Source of the DNA: Sphyrna mokarran
Taxonomy: Eukaryota
Assembly: GCA_024679065.1 (NCBI GenBank)
Contig: JAGIQG010000008.1
Coordinates: 92,380,001 to 92,444,000 of the forward strand
DNA length: 64,000 bases
Reading direction: 5' to 3'
Position numbers and translations under genes: made by a program. Below the pieces are notes generated by a model. It was not told where the DNA came from. It did no database searches and saw only the letters and a list, made by a program, of their open reading frames with translations. Each line of letters starts with the position of its first letter. Within the stretch, counting starts at the first letter, position 1. Of the stretch, positions 49,165 through 62,200 are shown piece after piece.

Positions 49165-49400
49165 GAAGCAGGAGTAGTTATTATGGCTCCTTGAACCTGC
49201 TTTGCTGTTCAGTATGACGTTGCTGGACTTTTGTCTCCACTCCACTTTTCCCTCTGCTCCTCATATCCTTCAGAGAGCAAAAATCTGCTTATCTCAGCTT
49301 TGAATATATTCGATAAGGAACACCACAACTCACTGGGGAGAGAACTCCACGGATTCAAAACCCTTTGAGCTAAGAAATTCTTTATCATCTCAGTCTTCAT
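49165..49400 (-). mobile_element. Old CR1 3' end
   Basis: KNFLAQRVLNPWSSLP..NIFKAEISRFL. Confidence 0.7.
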
Positions 49401-49654
49401 CAGTGGTGTGTAAAGATTTAGATATAATAATTCAGGGAAAATAAAACAACAGACACTTGTGGCCAGATTTTTGTTCCTGATGCAGGCACATGCACATCAG
49501 GGAAGAAGTGCCTACAATGATTCAATTTTCTCTCTGGGTGGGACGTGGAATGGAGTTGGGTCTGTTTCTCTTTGACACAGATTGGCGGTGGTCACACAAG
49601 CTGCCGAATACCAAAGCAGGTTGCTTAAAGAGTCTCCTTAGTAATAGAATAAAA

Positions 49655-50090
49655 TCATAGAATTCCTACAATGCAGAAGGAAGCCATTAGGCCCAAAAAG
49701 CCAGCACCAATACTATTCATCTATCCCCATAATCCCACATTATTTACCTTGACATTAAGGGGCAATTTAGCATGGCCAATCTATCTAATCTGCACATCTT
49801 TGCTCTGTGGGAGGAAACAGGAGCACCCGGAGGAAACCCACATAATCATGGGGAGAACAGTGTGGGATTTATTTAAGGACAGGATATCCCAGTTTGCACT
49901 GTGGGATTCTCAATATGATGTGGAGATACCGGCATTGGACTTGGGTAAGTACAATAAGAAGTCTCACAACACCAGGTTGAAGTTCAACAGATTTGTTTGG
50001 CAGCTCTCCACACAGAGAGTCACCCAAGGCTGGGATAAAACCCAGGACCTTGGCACTGAGGCAGTAGTGCTAACTACTGTACTACCATGC
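49655..50090 (-). mobile_element. HE1/V-SINE interrupted by a Penelope-type fragment (~49860-50003)
   Basis: Tail and V-domain at 49655-49860, head at 50005-50090; insert gatgtggagataccggcattggacttggg...aagaagtctcacaacaccaggtt. Confidence 0.7.
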
Positions 50091-51216
50091 CAGTTCTCTA
50101 GGACATTGTCCCACTTAAAAAAAAATTATTCCTCATCTCTCAGCTCCCTTATTCCTCCTACCCACCTCTCTGCCCCATCCGTTGCTAACTCATGCTAACC
50201 CATTTAGCCCCTCCCAAATCTAGTTGTTCATCATACCAACGCACATGACTCCAACCTAACTCCATGCCCCTTATAGCCCAATACCAATTTAATCTCAATT
50301 CATGCCAATCCATTCCTCCTCCCATCACTCTTTTCCTTACCCCTTCATATCAACTCACTCACTATCCACCATAGGCAGATCTCAGCAGCCATAGTGAGAT
50401 GATATAAAACTAAATTCAAAATATTTATTAGAGTTCACTATACAAAAAATGGTTCCATTCATGAAAGCCATTCAGCATATTTGAAGATGATCCACTTCCA
50501 GCATTTGTTTCCTCAAAGTACTGGAAAATTTGGTGAGAAAAGCCAGCAGCATAGCTGGTGGGCTGCTTTTCTTATCTGAGAGAGCAATTTGCAAAAGTAA
50601 ACAAAGTTCCACCCAAACTACAATATGTTGGTTAACAAAACTGAACCTCGTGCAACTGAATGTCAACTTGAATAAAAGGTTGGCTCAAAATCAGAAAACG
50701 GCACTAAGAGTCTTTGAATGAAGGGTCCCCCTATACAATGCCACAAGCAAATCGCAAGAAGGGCTTCCTCTTCAGGCTTTCCATGTGGCGACTCCCCTAC
50801 TAGTTGAACATCAGCAATAGTGGGTTGGTGCTCTTAACTGGGCATTAATTGTTTAATTGACAGACTCAGTTAGCATCTGAGTGGGAAAACCATCCATGAG
50901 ATTTAACATCCCAGACTGGATTGAGTAGAGACAGAAGGACGTTTGGGCCTCCACCTGACAACCTTCTGGCTGATTAAATGCCTAAACAAAGTGCTGGCAA
51001 ACTGAGCCAAGCTAAAACTTTGAGGGAATTGCAAGTGCTTCATTTATTAGAGGCAAGTTTCTACTTTCATAGCTGGGAGAAGTGGAACACAATCCCTGAA
51101 ACATCTAAAATCCTCTGTGATAGAAAGAGAATGTACTCCAGTTATTCATTGTGTAGTTGTGAGTTAATCTTGTTGTGGGGAATCTGAGAAGCCAATACTG
51201 TCTTTCACTGCAGACA

Positions 51217-51812
51217 GTATAAAAATCATGAGGCAGATATCTCTGTATAAGGTCGTAATATTTACTTAAAACAAAAACACACCAAGCAGCTGCTCAGAGA
51301 TCACCAAAAGGGTTAAGCAGCCCTGGAGAAGAGGCAGAACCTCTCCGATGAATCTAATGTGCACAATCAAAAACAGATCAATTATAGGTTTTCTTATGAA
51401 TCATTCCCATCTTATATTAGTTTAAAATCAACTACATTCAGTAAACATACATCAATAATAATTCCTGACAATTTACTCAGCCAATTGCATTTTACTATCT
51501 AGCATAATGATATCTCATTTGTCCATTTAATTTGGATCTGACTCCCATCTTGACTGAACTCATTCCCCTGTTGCTATGTAACTGTGGACACTCGTCATAG
51601 AGGTCAAAGTGAACGTTCGCACTGGCTCATTGCCAAAACTGGATAGTCACGTGATCCTGCCTCTAGGTACATATCTATTCAATGTCTAGACAATGAATGT
51701 CCCTATTCATAAAGTTGCAAAATGTGTTCCCCCTCCAGACACGTCCTGATATGAGTTCTGCTAACTACTGAAATTCCAAGCCTTTAGCTCTGAACTCTTC
51801 ACTTTTACCATC
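51217..51812 (-). mobile_element. Candidate solo LTR (ERV-like)
   Basis: On the minus strand it starts TGATGGTAAAAG, carries a TATAA box and an AGTAAA signal in LTR order, and ends ...GATTTTTATAC; TSD not evident. Confidence 0.35.
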
Positions 51813-52134
51813 ATACCTTGCAGTAATTTGCTTTTAGCCGAAATGAACAATGATTCATTCCATATTTAAAATATCAGCATATATGTTTTAAAATCATAAT
51901 TATTTACTTGACTCTCTTATTGCATCCGCATATATGTAAAATATTTGTTTCATTAGCTTATTATCTTTGTTTCAAGAATCATTTCACTCTTTGCTGATAG
52001 TTCAGTAAGTGTCTTATATATTCTGTCTAAAACCTTATTAGCTGGTTAATAATTTCCCTCTTCAAACCTGAAATAAAGGTGTTGCATGAATTGATCCAAT
52101 TCGGAAAATAAATCTAAACTACAAATACAGTGGA

Positions 52135-52410
52135 GGGAGTTGTGTGGATTACTTGCTGGATTAGTAATCCAGAGAATCAGGATAATGCTCTGGGAACCCA
52201 GGTTCAAATTCCACCATGGCAGATGGTGAAATTTGAATTTAATAAAAATCTGGAATTAACAGTGACCATGAAACATTGTGGATTGTCATGAAAATCCATG
52301 TTGTTCACTAATGTTCTTTCCGGAAGGAAATCTGTCATTCTTACCCAATCTGGGTTTATATGTGATTCCAGATCCTCAACAATGTGGTTGACTCTTAAAT
52401 GCCTTCATCC
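52135..52410 (+). mobile_element. Shark tRNA-derived SINE
   Basis: ggttcaaattccaccatggcagatggtgaaatttgaatt...gttcactaatgt, same family as 22140-22495. Confidence 0.8.
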
Positions 52411-53267
52411 GTGGCTAGCATCTCTGGTCCCACTTCAGTGAATGGAGATTTGACTGAGTGCCAAATTCTCCTTTTACTCCTGCCACAATGGTGGGGCATA
52501 CAATATCAGAGAATATTAGCCATCACTTAAAACAATTCCAATTCGGATTAATTAAATTCTGAAATGGATTTGAGGTTTATTCGTTGTAAATGTTGCCCTT
52601 GATAGCAACTACAACTAACCAGCAAAAGTTGTGTTATTTGGAGAGTATTGATTTTAACATGGATCACTTACTGTGTCCGCTATAGAAACAGCCAAACACA
52701 ACACAAATTACACAGATACAAGCACAATAGCTGAAGGCTGGATTTAGAATGACTTTTGCCCAAAAGGAATTGGGTGATATAGTTAATCTTTTGTACAGCC
52801 TTTGCGTCTCTTCCTATCTATTGTTGCTGTATCAAATTAACGATACAGATGTGACTTAAAGCTTCCTACCTATTTCTAAACCCTCCTCTGCTGCACTAAC
52901 ATGCTCGTCCTCCCCATTTAACATTGGCAACAATACTCCTGTATTGTAAACCTGGTGTATTTCCTAATAATACCCCTACACCCCTTCTCTCCATGACATT
53001 ATAGCCTTCATGATAACTGGATATCATTTGAGAGGGACTCAGCTTATATTTCTCCTGTTGCTTAGTAATCTCCACAACATAAGTTTAAACCATCAATGAA
53101 AAGTAGACTTCAGTCTATTAGCGGGTTTTATATCCAAGCCATCCCATGGAGTGTGAGACTAACTTGGATGATTAACTCGCTGAGTTTTAAAAAAAATTTA
53201 TATTTATTTTCCTTTGAGAAATTCCCGTCCCACCTGCCATGGGAATCATAATAGGCAGGACAGGACC

Positions 53268-54900
53268 ATAGGATTGGAAAATAAGCAATGTTGTTCCTTT
53301 GTTTGAGATGAGTAGCAAGGATAATCCAGGTAATTGCAGGCTAGTGAGCTTATGTCAGTAGTAGGGAAATTATTACAGACGATCCTTCGACATAGGATTT
53401 ACTCCCACTTGGAAGTAAATGGATGTATTAGCACGAGGCAACATGGTTTTGTAAAGGGGAGGTCATGTCTCACTAACTTGATGGAGCTTTTTGAAGAAAT
53501 GACGAAGGTGATTAATGAGGACACAGCAGTGGATGTTGTCTACATGGACATCAATAAGGCCTTTGACAAGGTCCCACATAGCAGAGGGTACAGAAGATGA
53601 AGTGGCATAGGATCAAAGGTTAGCTGGCAAATGGATACAAAACTGGGTCGGGCAGAGGATAGTGTTGGAAGGGCGCGTTTTGAATGGAGGGCTGTGACAA
53701 GTGGCATCCCTCAGGGATCAGTACTGGGATCTTTGCTGTTTGTAATATGTATAACTGATTTGGAGGAAAATGTAATTCATTTGATCAGCTTCTCTCCTGT
53801 TGATAGACTTTTGAATGGATTTACCTTTCATTAAATTGATCTTTCTCTGCACCCTAGCTAAACTGTAATACTACATTCTGCACTCACTCATTTTCTTCTC
53901 TATGAACACTATGCTTTGCCTATATAGTGTGCAAGAAACAATACTTTTCACTGTATGATAATATATGTGACAGTAATAAATAAAATCAGATAGTAAGTTT
54001 GCAGACAGCAAAAAATGGTTTGTGGATAGCAATAAGGACTGTCAGAGGATACAGCAGGATATAGATTGGTTAGAGACTTGAGCATAGAGATGACAGATGG
54101 AGTTTAATCAGGACAAATGTGAGATAATGCATTTTAGAAGATCTAATACAATGGGAAATATATAGTAAATGGCAGAATCTTTAAGATTTTTGATAGGCAA
54201 AAGGATCTGGGTGTACAGGTACATAAGAATCTGAAAGTGACAATACAGGTGGAGAAGGTAGTCAAAAAGATACACAGCATGCTTGCCGTCATTGGCTGAG
54301 GCATTGAGTTTAAAAACTGGGAAGTCATGTTGCAGTTTTATAGAACTTTAGTTAGGCTACACTTGGAATATAGTGTTCACTTCTGGTGACCACACTATCA
54401 GTAGGATATGGCGGCTTTGGAGAATGTACAGAAAAGATTTACCAGGATGCCACCTGGCATGGAGTGAATAGCTATGAGGAGAGGTTGGGGAAACTTTGTT
54501 TGTTCTCAGTAGAGTGACAGAGGTTGAGAGTGACCTGATAGAAATTTACAAGGTTATGAGGGGTATGGACAGAGTGAATAGTCAGAAACTTTTTCCCAGG
54601 TGGAACAGTCATTTACTAGGGGGATTGATTTAAGGTGTGAGGGGCAAGGTTTAAAAGAAATGTATGAAACAAAATCTTTTATATAAAAGGTGGTGGTGTC
54701 TGGAACTTGTTGCCAGGGGAGATCGTGGAAGCTGATATGATAATGACTTTTAAGGGGTATCTTGACAAATACATGAATAGGATAAGAATAGAGGGATATG
54801 GTTGCCAGAAGGGTAAGGAGTTTTAGTTAAGTCAGGCAGCATGGTTGGTGCAGGTTTGGAGGGCCAAAAGTACTCCAAAAGTACTTTTCTTTGTTCATGC
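53268..54900 (+). mobile_element. CR1 LINE (RT domain, degraded) interrupted by a Rex1 tail
   Basis: ORFs 53334-53600 (RQHGFVKGRSCLTNL..AFDKVPH) and 53631-53834 (VTSGIPQGSVLG); resumes at ~53990 (agtaagtttgcagac = SKFAD). Confidence 0.92.
53790..53988 (+). mobile_element. Rex1/Babar 3' end nested in the CR1
   Basis: agacttttgaatgga...gtgcaagaaacaatacttttcactgtat...atgtgacagtaataaataaaatca. Confidence 0.8.
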
Positions 54901-55334
54901 CAAGGTTTGTTAATCTTGGGCGGGATTTTCTGGTCGTGGACAAGCATGGCTGGAATATCTTGCCCTTTCTCTTTTCCAATTCAACTCAAAGGATCAAAGT
55001 TACCACAGTAACAAAGTCTGGACCACCAATTCTCAGCACCATACTTTGCTAAACAGGTTAGGTGAAACTGCAAGTTTGGAGTTAAACATAAATGAATTGA
55101 ACTACTTAACAAATTTAAGAATAGTCTAAAGGCTGGATGGACCTGAGCTTTGGTCCTTCCTTCAGTTGTCTAATAGATTCATAAGGAATGGGTGTAGGAG
55201 TTGGCTATGTGGCCCCTCAAGCCTTTTCTGCTATTCAGCAGATGATGGCAGACCTTTCACTTCAACTTCACTTTTCTGTCTAATTCTCATTCATCATTTG
55301 GATAGACAGATCACTATATATACTCATTATATAA

Positions 55335-55645
55335 CCAATGTTCAGGGGACCTGTGTTCGAATCCTGCCACGGCAGATGCTGGAATTTGAATTCAATTAAA
55401 GCAAAATCTGGAATTAAGAATGTACTGATGACCGTGAAACCATTGTTGATTGTTGAAAAAACCCATCTAGTTCACTAATGTCCTTTAGAGAAGGAAATCT
55501 GCCATCCTTACCTGGTCTGGCTTACATGTAACTCCAGAGCCACAACAATCTCAAATGCTCTCTGAAATGAAAGGCAGCAAGGGATGGGCAATAAATGGTG
55601 GTCCAGCCATGACACCCTCATCCCATGAAGGTGAATAAATAAGAA
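55335..55645 (+). mobile_element. Shark tRNA-derived SINE with CR1-type tail
   Basis: gttcgaatcctgccacggcagatg...gttcactaatgtcctttagagaaggaaatctgcc...gggatgggcaataaatg. Confidence 0.85.
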
Positions 55646-55830
55646 ATAGCTAGCTTCATCTGGGACTGCCCTGCTTGTTTCTCCCAGTTGTTTTAGGATT
55701 ATTTAGTTTATTTTATTAGTGTCACAAATAAAGCTTACATTAACACTGCAAGAAGTTATTGTGAAAATCCCCTAAATTGTCCATGCTGCATTTCATTCAT
55801 CCCACAAAACCAGTCCAAATGTACAGAGTT

Positions 55831-56403
55831 ATAGAACATAGAACATAGAACATAGAACAATACAGCACAGAACAGGCCCTTCAGCCTTCGATGTTGTGCC
55901 GACCGAAATAAAAAGCAATGCCCCTCCAAACTAAACCATTCCCTTCTCTTCCATATACTTATCAATTAACCTCTTAAACGCCACCAAACTTGGCGCATCT
56001 ACAACAGCTGCAGGCAGGGCATTCCACTCCCTAATCACTCTTTGAGTAAAGAACCTACCTCTGATATCCGTCCTATAACTCATACCCCTTAATTTAAAGC
56101 TGTGTCCCCTCGTGCTAGCTTTCTCCATCCTAGGAAAAAGGCTATCACTGTCCACCCTATCTAAACCTCTAATCATCTTATATGCTTCAATAAGATCCCC
56201 TCTTAGCCGCCTCCTTTCTAACGAAAACAACCTCAAATCCTTCAACCTCTCTTCATAGGACCTGCCCTCCATACCAGGCAACATCCTGGTAAACCTCCTC
56301 TGTACCCTCTCCAATGCCTCCACATCTTTCTTATAATGTGGCGACCAGAACTGCACACAATACTCCAAGTGCGGCCGCACTAGAGTTTTGTACAGTTGCA
56401 ACA
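55831..56403 (-). mobile_element. Young CR1 LINE 3' end (~570 bp), near-identical to 30449-31019
   Basis: ORF 55931-56404 has the same protein sequence as the 30.5-kb copy; (atagaac)4 tail; near-TSD agagtt/acagtt. Confidence 0.95.
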
Positions 56404-57159
56404 ACAGTTAATGCAGTCATTCAGATAGCAATTGGAATTGGCAAGAACAGAAAATTTATGAATATAACTTAACATCAGTCAGAACCAAGAAAGCTGCACT
56501 TTGAGTAATGACAGGAATTTGACAAAGCTTATAGGTAAAATAAAGTGTTTACAACAATAATGTAGCAGCTTCTGTACTGAAAGCAACTGGGTGAACTGTT
56601 TGTTGGGCCACTTGGGATTAGCCTGAATTTGTAGTAAAGTACTTGAAATATGGAGCTTTCCTGTTAAGCATGTAACTGATCATACAACACTTTTTCTGCA
56701 TACATCAGTGTGCACTTAGGAGTCACAGCAGTAAGCACTGGACCATAAGCATTTGTTCGCTGAAGAACTAAGCACTTCACTTTTTCTTTAATGTGACAGG
56801 CTGTATGACCATGGGGAAAATCGTAGTGGAGGATCAGGAGAAATATTATTTGATCAGGACAGGGAATCTCTGGTTTTTCCAGTGGCAGTGAGCTGAGGTA
56901 TATATAACCGCAGTGCTGTCCAACCCAGCTGAGTTCAGGTAACTCAGGAATCAATCCTGGGACTTTCCCACTTTCTGTGCCTCATTGTTAGACTGCAATC
57001 ACTTTGCAATACGAGGAGGTTTACTGGTTATTTTTCTCTCTTTCCTCCTCTCTTTCCCTATCACCCCTTCTCACATTCTCTTATATTTAAAACCAGTGCT
57101 TTTTTGGAGTGTGGGCTCCTGGATCAGTTTGGCAGGTGAGTAGATATTGGCGGGCAAAA

Positions 57160-57275
57160 GGATAAAAGCAAATTATTGTGGATGCTGGAGTCTGAAGAGA
57201 GAAAATGCTGGAAAATCTCAGCAGGTGCCGCCAGATCCTGCTGAGATTTCCAGCATTTTTCCTCTTGGTCTCTCT
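57160..57275. mobile_element. Penelope-type palindromic remnant
   Basis: aaaatgctggaaaatctcagcagg / cctgctgagatttccagcatttt inverted repeat with a short loop. Confidence 0.6.
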
Positions 57276-58424
57276 TTGTTAGCGGGCAAGTTTGTTTAAA
57301 TGTAATCACACGGAGCAGAATGGTCAAGATAATTTGGCAACATTCAGATAAGTAGTTTCAACCACCTCTTTGATACTGACTTGCAGTTTAGGTAGAGAAT
57401 TAAATTACCCATGTGTACACGGGCAGTCCAGGAGTGTCTGCTAGTTGCTGTTGTCATAAAGAACCCAGGGCACTCATTAAATGAGAACAAGTGCTTTCTT
57501 CCACATCCAGAAGTGACTAACTTCAAGGATTCCTGTTGGAAGGTATATCTAAAGTACTGAAGTGTTTCCTCTCCACATGTTTGTCAGTCACTTTCAACAG
57601 AATGAGTAGTGATGTACATCCCTGTGTGCACTTTCATCTTGTCCTCACTCTGTCTTACTGATGGAAATTGGTTGTGGGTGCATTTTATAGAAGTGCTGCT
57701 TCTGAGAGAGTGCAGTAAGAAAAATGGCAATGAAGAAAAGAATTGAGCCCCAGCTGATTAAAAAGTGAAGTCAGCTTTATTGTTGGGGATGGAAGGGAAA
57801 AGTGACTGGGATTAGTTCAAAGGAATCCGAAGGATGAAGTGGATAATAGTCCGATTTTAAGTGCCTGCATTGAGTTTGTGGCAAAGCAGAAAATCCATAA
57901 AGCATAGCAGAAAAACATATAGGAACTGGACAGGAAGAAAGTGAGTGTAAGCTGATGTAGAAGGATATTAAAGTGGTGTGGAAAACATCACTTTAACCCT
58001 ATTGCTGAGCATCTGACAACAGGAGAAACAGCAATAAGATTTATTTTTTTCTTGGAGTGTTGGGAATTGCAATATTAACTAGAAGAACATTTTTTGTGTC
58101 AAAAATATGAGTTTAAATATGCTGTTAATGTCATTCATGTGTATGTACTAACCATATTATAGTGCTGCTAATGGGATTATGTCATTATATATTTGGGTCA
58201 ATGTTATGGACAATGTTCTGTAGTAAGAGTGTGTATGTTTGCTGGTAATGTTAATGTGCTGATATATCCTGGATGTGCAGGTGGAAGGTAATTTGAACAT
58301 ATATCTGCATGGCAGACTGTGTAGTGCCTAACATTCATTATGTGGAGCAACGTATTAACTAATTACTGGCATCACATCTTCTGCAAAGGTCAGTCATAGC
58401 ATTAGCTTGCCTTCTGTAAGGTTT

Positions 58425-58950
58425 TGGATGATGTGGTGCAGCGTTTAGCACTGCTGCCTCATAATACCAGGGACCCGAATTCAATTCCCGGCTTGGGTCA
58501 CTGTCTGTGCGAAGTCTGCATATTATAGAATCCCTACAGTGCAGAAGGAGGCCATTCAGCCCATCGAATCTGCACAGACTTTTATCCCTCCCACAACCTA
58601 TTCCCATAATCCCATGTGCTTACCCTAGCTAGTCCCCCTGACATAGGGGCCAATTTAGTCTGGCCAATCCACCTAACCTGCACATCATTGGACTGTGGGA
58701 GGAAACTGGAGTACCCGGTGGAATCACATGCAGACACAGGGAAAACAAGCAAACTCTGCACCAACATTCTCCCCGTGTCTGTGTGGGCTACCTCTGGATG
58801 CTCTGGTTTCCTTCCACACTCTAAAAGTGATGTGCTAAATTCTCCCTCAGTGTATCCAAACTGGTGCTGGAGGGTGGTGACTAGAGGATTTTTAAAGTAA
58901 CTTCATTGCAGTATTAATGTAAACCTACTTATGACTAATAAATAAACTTA
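58425..58950 (+). mobile_element. HE1/V-SINE (+) with a second V-SINE (-, ~58524-58762) nested in its V-domain
   Basis: Head at 58425-58520, inverted copy starting atagaatccctacagtgcag, outer copy resumes acattctccccgtgtctg and ends gactaataaataaac. Confidence 0.85.
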
Positions 58951-60845
58951 ACTCTATAATGGACCAGCAGAGAAAGGGTTCATCCATGGATGTTCCCGGC
59001 TGCAAAGTACAAGTGCAGATCCAGGAATCTGAGATATTAAGTTTATCAAAATGCAACCAACTTTAGGGGAGAGAAGAAGTGATGTGCAGCAGAAAGGGAG
59101 ACAGGCTGACAACAACGCTACTTTTCAGAGACTGAGTGCTTGAGTCTGGAACAGAGATGTCAGTGGAAGAAACCTGGCGACTGCATCAGTCATGAGGATC
59201 ACTAATGGACTTATCTGCCTGGCTTTTTAATTATCTGTTCATGTGCGCCAGCCGTTTGATATGAACCCTTTCCTGACTGGCACACAGCTCTGCAATCTGG
59301 ATGACGCTAACTTAAATTTATCTGTTGCATTCTGAGTTGAGAGTTTGGGCTTTAACAGTTACATTTCACACCTGGGCGACTTCACCATTAATGGAACTGC
59401 GGCAGAGAAATAAGGAGTCAACTATTCACTACTCAGTCACTCTGTGACCTTCTTCAATGGCATCTGCAAAAGGCTGATGCAACAGCAGGAATTTTGGAAA
59501 TGATAAAATTTTAATATTTTTATATGTTGACTGAATTCAGTGTAGCTTTGGACTCAGTCTGTTGGGAGTTATCTGGGACATCTTCTGACAAGTGGATTTT
59601 TCAGTTTTAAGAATCAAAGTGCTTTGTTTCTACCAGATTTGCTTATAACAGCTGGAAAACGTTACGCAGTTCATTTTATAGCTTTGTCTGAATATTATAG
59701 TAAAACTTTTTGTCCCTTATTTATCCTCTTGAACTGTAGTCACATTAATATTCTGCAGTCATTATGCACAGACAGAAACAATTTATAGTTACAGAACACT
59801 TTAGCTGATAAAAGCTTTTAGCAGACACGCTATAGACATAAGCAGTGAAACACTTCACAGTGCTGCGCTTTTTTGCTGAATAAATCCTGGCTGTTTATAT
59901 CCATTTTCTTTCAAATACAGTTCTGAGGAATGAAGAAGAAAGGTAAAATATTAAAGGAGATTCACTGTCAAACTGTAGCTGTTACCTGTTCCAAAAATCA
60001 CACACTTGGATCACTACTGGAGTATATGAACTCCAGCCACTTACTTAGCCCATTGTGGTGCTAAGAAAGAATTAGGTCCTATCTGACCACCCCATCGAAC
60101 TGAAACACACAGTGCTGAGGGTGTTGATTTATGAAAAATTAGCATGTGTGCCATTCCCATCTGTAATGACCTTAAGCAAGCCATTGAAGTTGGCCTATTG
60201 GAATACAAACTCCCTGATTGAGGGGCCAATTGATAGCCAATCAGAGAGACTTTACTTTGTATATGGCTGGGGTGTGTCAGTTCCTCTGCCACTCCTGAAG
60301 ATAGATTACTGACTGACAACATTCAATATACTGCTGATTGAACTGTAAGTGAAGGGATTCTAGTGAAGGAACTTCCACCTCCATGAATTTATTACACCAG
60401 CCTGTCTGTCATGACCTGTGCTGAACACTGAGGAAATTTAGTGTGTATCAACAGTGTGAAAAGTAGAAAAATTGTAAAATTAGCCAGGGTCTGATGCTGA
60501 ATTGGCGCCTGATCTGCCCTATCCAACCTCAGCATTCTACTTGTCTCCACTCTTAAACTCTCCTAAGTAGTACAATTGGAAATCATATGTTCAGCAACAT
60601 GAGGTACACCCAACCAAAGTGCAGGCTCTGGAATGGTCCCAGCTGACTTTTGAAGTAATGAGCACCTGAAAGCGTTTGTGGGAATCAATAAAGTCTGAAG
60701 GGAGTGATGGTCAATGTGAGAAAGACATTGCTCTTAAGTCTTCTGGTTCCCATTCACTTTAAATAGACACATTTTGAGACTTATGCTGGGGCTTCTTCAA
60801 ATGTGTTTCCTGAAGCTCTCCATGTGACCTGTTGACTGATGTGAT

Positions 60846-60974
60846 GGGCAGAATTTTGTCATCCTGCCCCGACCATGGGAATTGTACTGGGCGGGACACG
60901 AACCATGCAAAGGTTCGCTGACCTCAGGTGGAATTTTCAGGCATTGGGATGAGCGCGACCGGAAAATCCTATCC
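60846..60974. mobile_element. ~125-bp MITE family A (reverse orientation)
   Basis: gggcagaattttgtc ... ggaaaatcctatcc. Confidence 0.7.
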
Positions 60975-61764
60975 AATGTTTCCTGGCACCTGGTGGGTGT
61001 GCTGCTGTAAATGTAGCATCTTGCATCCATAAACACATCAGGATTTTTCCTTATTTCTTTATGAATAAAATAACGTCCATTTTTCTTTAAAAAAATAAGG
61101 TCCCTATAGATAACGGACCCAATCATTAACTACTTTTTACATTACGTCTATGCTAAAGAAGATTAACAATCAACTTTTATTAATAAACTGAAGATCTATA
61201 GAGTCTGTTAGAGCTCATTTTGTTTTCTCACAACATCATTCACAATGAAGTGTCATCAGAGATGTCCTAGAGTGTGTTTAACAAAAACTACTAGAAACAA
61301 AGCATCCAGGAACTTTCAAAAGTTTATTAATTATATTCAACTAGGTACAGGGATAGGTAGGTACAAGGCTGCTTCCAGAAGCATTTCTCTGAGTTCTCGA
61401 GACAAGGGATCTCACAATACTGTTGGTGTATATTCGCTATTGTCATACTAGCTATTAACCTTTCATACCATTATCTCCTCCAAGTCCTTCATTCCACTCA
61501 TTAAACTACAAATTAACTATTTATATATCCTGTTCTTGTTTCCTTTGGAAAAGGGTAAGGGCACAATGTTCTTTGTGACTCATTGATCTGCTTGTCTAGT
61601 TGCCTGTTCAATCCGATCTTGTTGAGGCTGACTGCTGGTGTATAGAATTGCAGACCTGTTCTGCTGGAGGATATCATGGTCAGCGTGCACAGGATAGGAG
61701 TGTGGATGATTAGACTGATCCAAAACCTGGCTAAGCTAGTTCTGGTCTTGAACCGTACCTTAAA

Positions 61765-62200
61765 CAGCTTGGTATGGCTCCTATTTGACCAATCTTGCAA
61801 GAAACTACAAAGGGATGTGAACGAAGCTCTGTCCATCACGCGAACATGCCTTCCATCCATTGATTCTGTCTATACTTTCCACTGCTTCGGAAAAACGACC
61901 AGCATAATCAAGTACCCCACGCACTCAGACATACCTCTTCCACCTTCTTCCATCAGGAAAAAGATACAAAAGTCTGAGGTCACGTACCAACCAAATCAAG
62001 AACAGCTTCTTTCCATTTTAAATGGACCGACTATACATTAAGGTGGTTTTTCTTTACACCCCAGCCATGACTGTAACATCACATTCTGTACCCTCTCCTT
62101 TCCTTCTACATATATGGCATGCTTTGACTGTATATTGTGCAAGAAACAAAATGTTTCACTGCATCCCAATACATGTGACAATAATAAATCAAATCAAAAC
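61765..62200 (+). mobile_element. Rex1/Babar LINE 3' fragment
   Basis: KKLQRDVNEALSITRTCLPSIDSVYTFHC; tail acatgtgacaataataaatcaaatcaaa. Confidence 0.9.

Noticed and set aside
49671-50198. 175-aa ORF
   Set aside because: Antisense read-through of a V-SINE plus a Penelope fragment
30449-56403. Segmental duplication as the explanation for the twin CR1 copies
   Set aside because: Flanking sequences are unrelated and each copy has its own imperfect TSD
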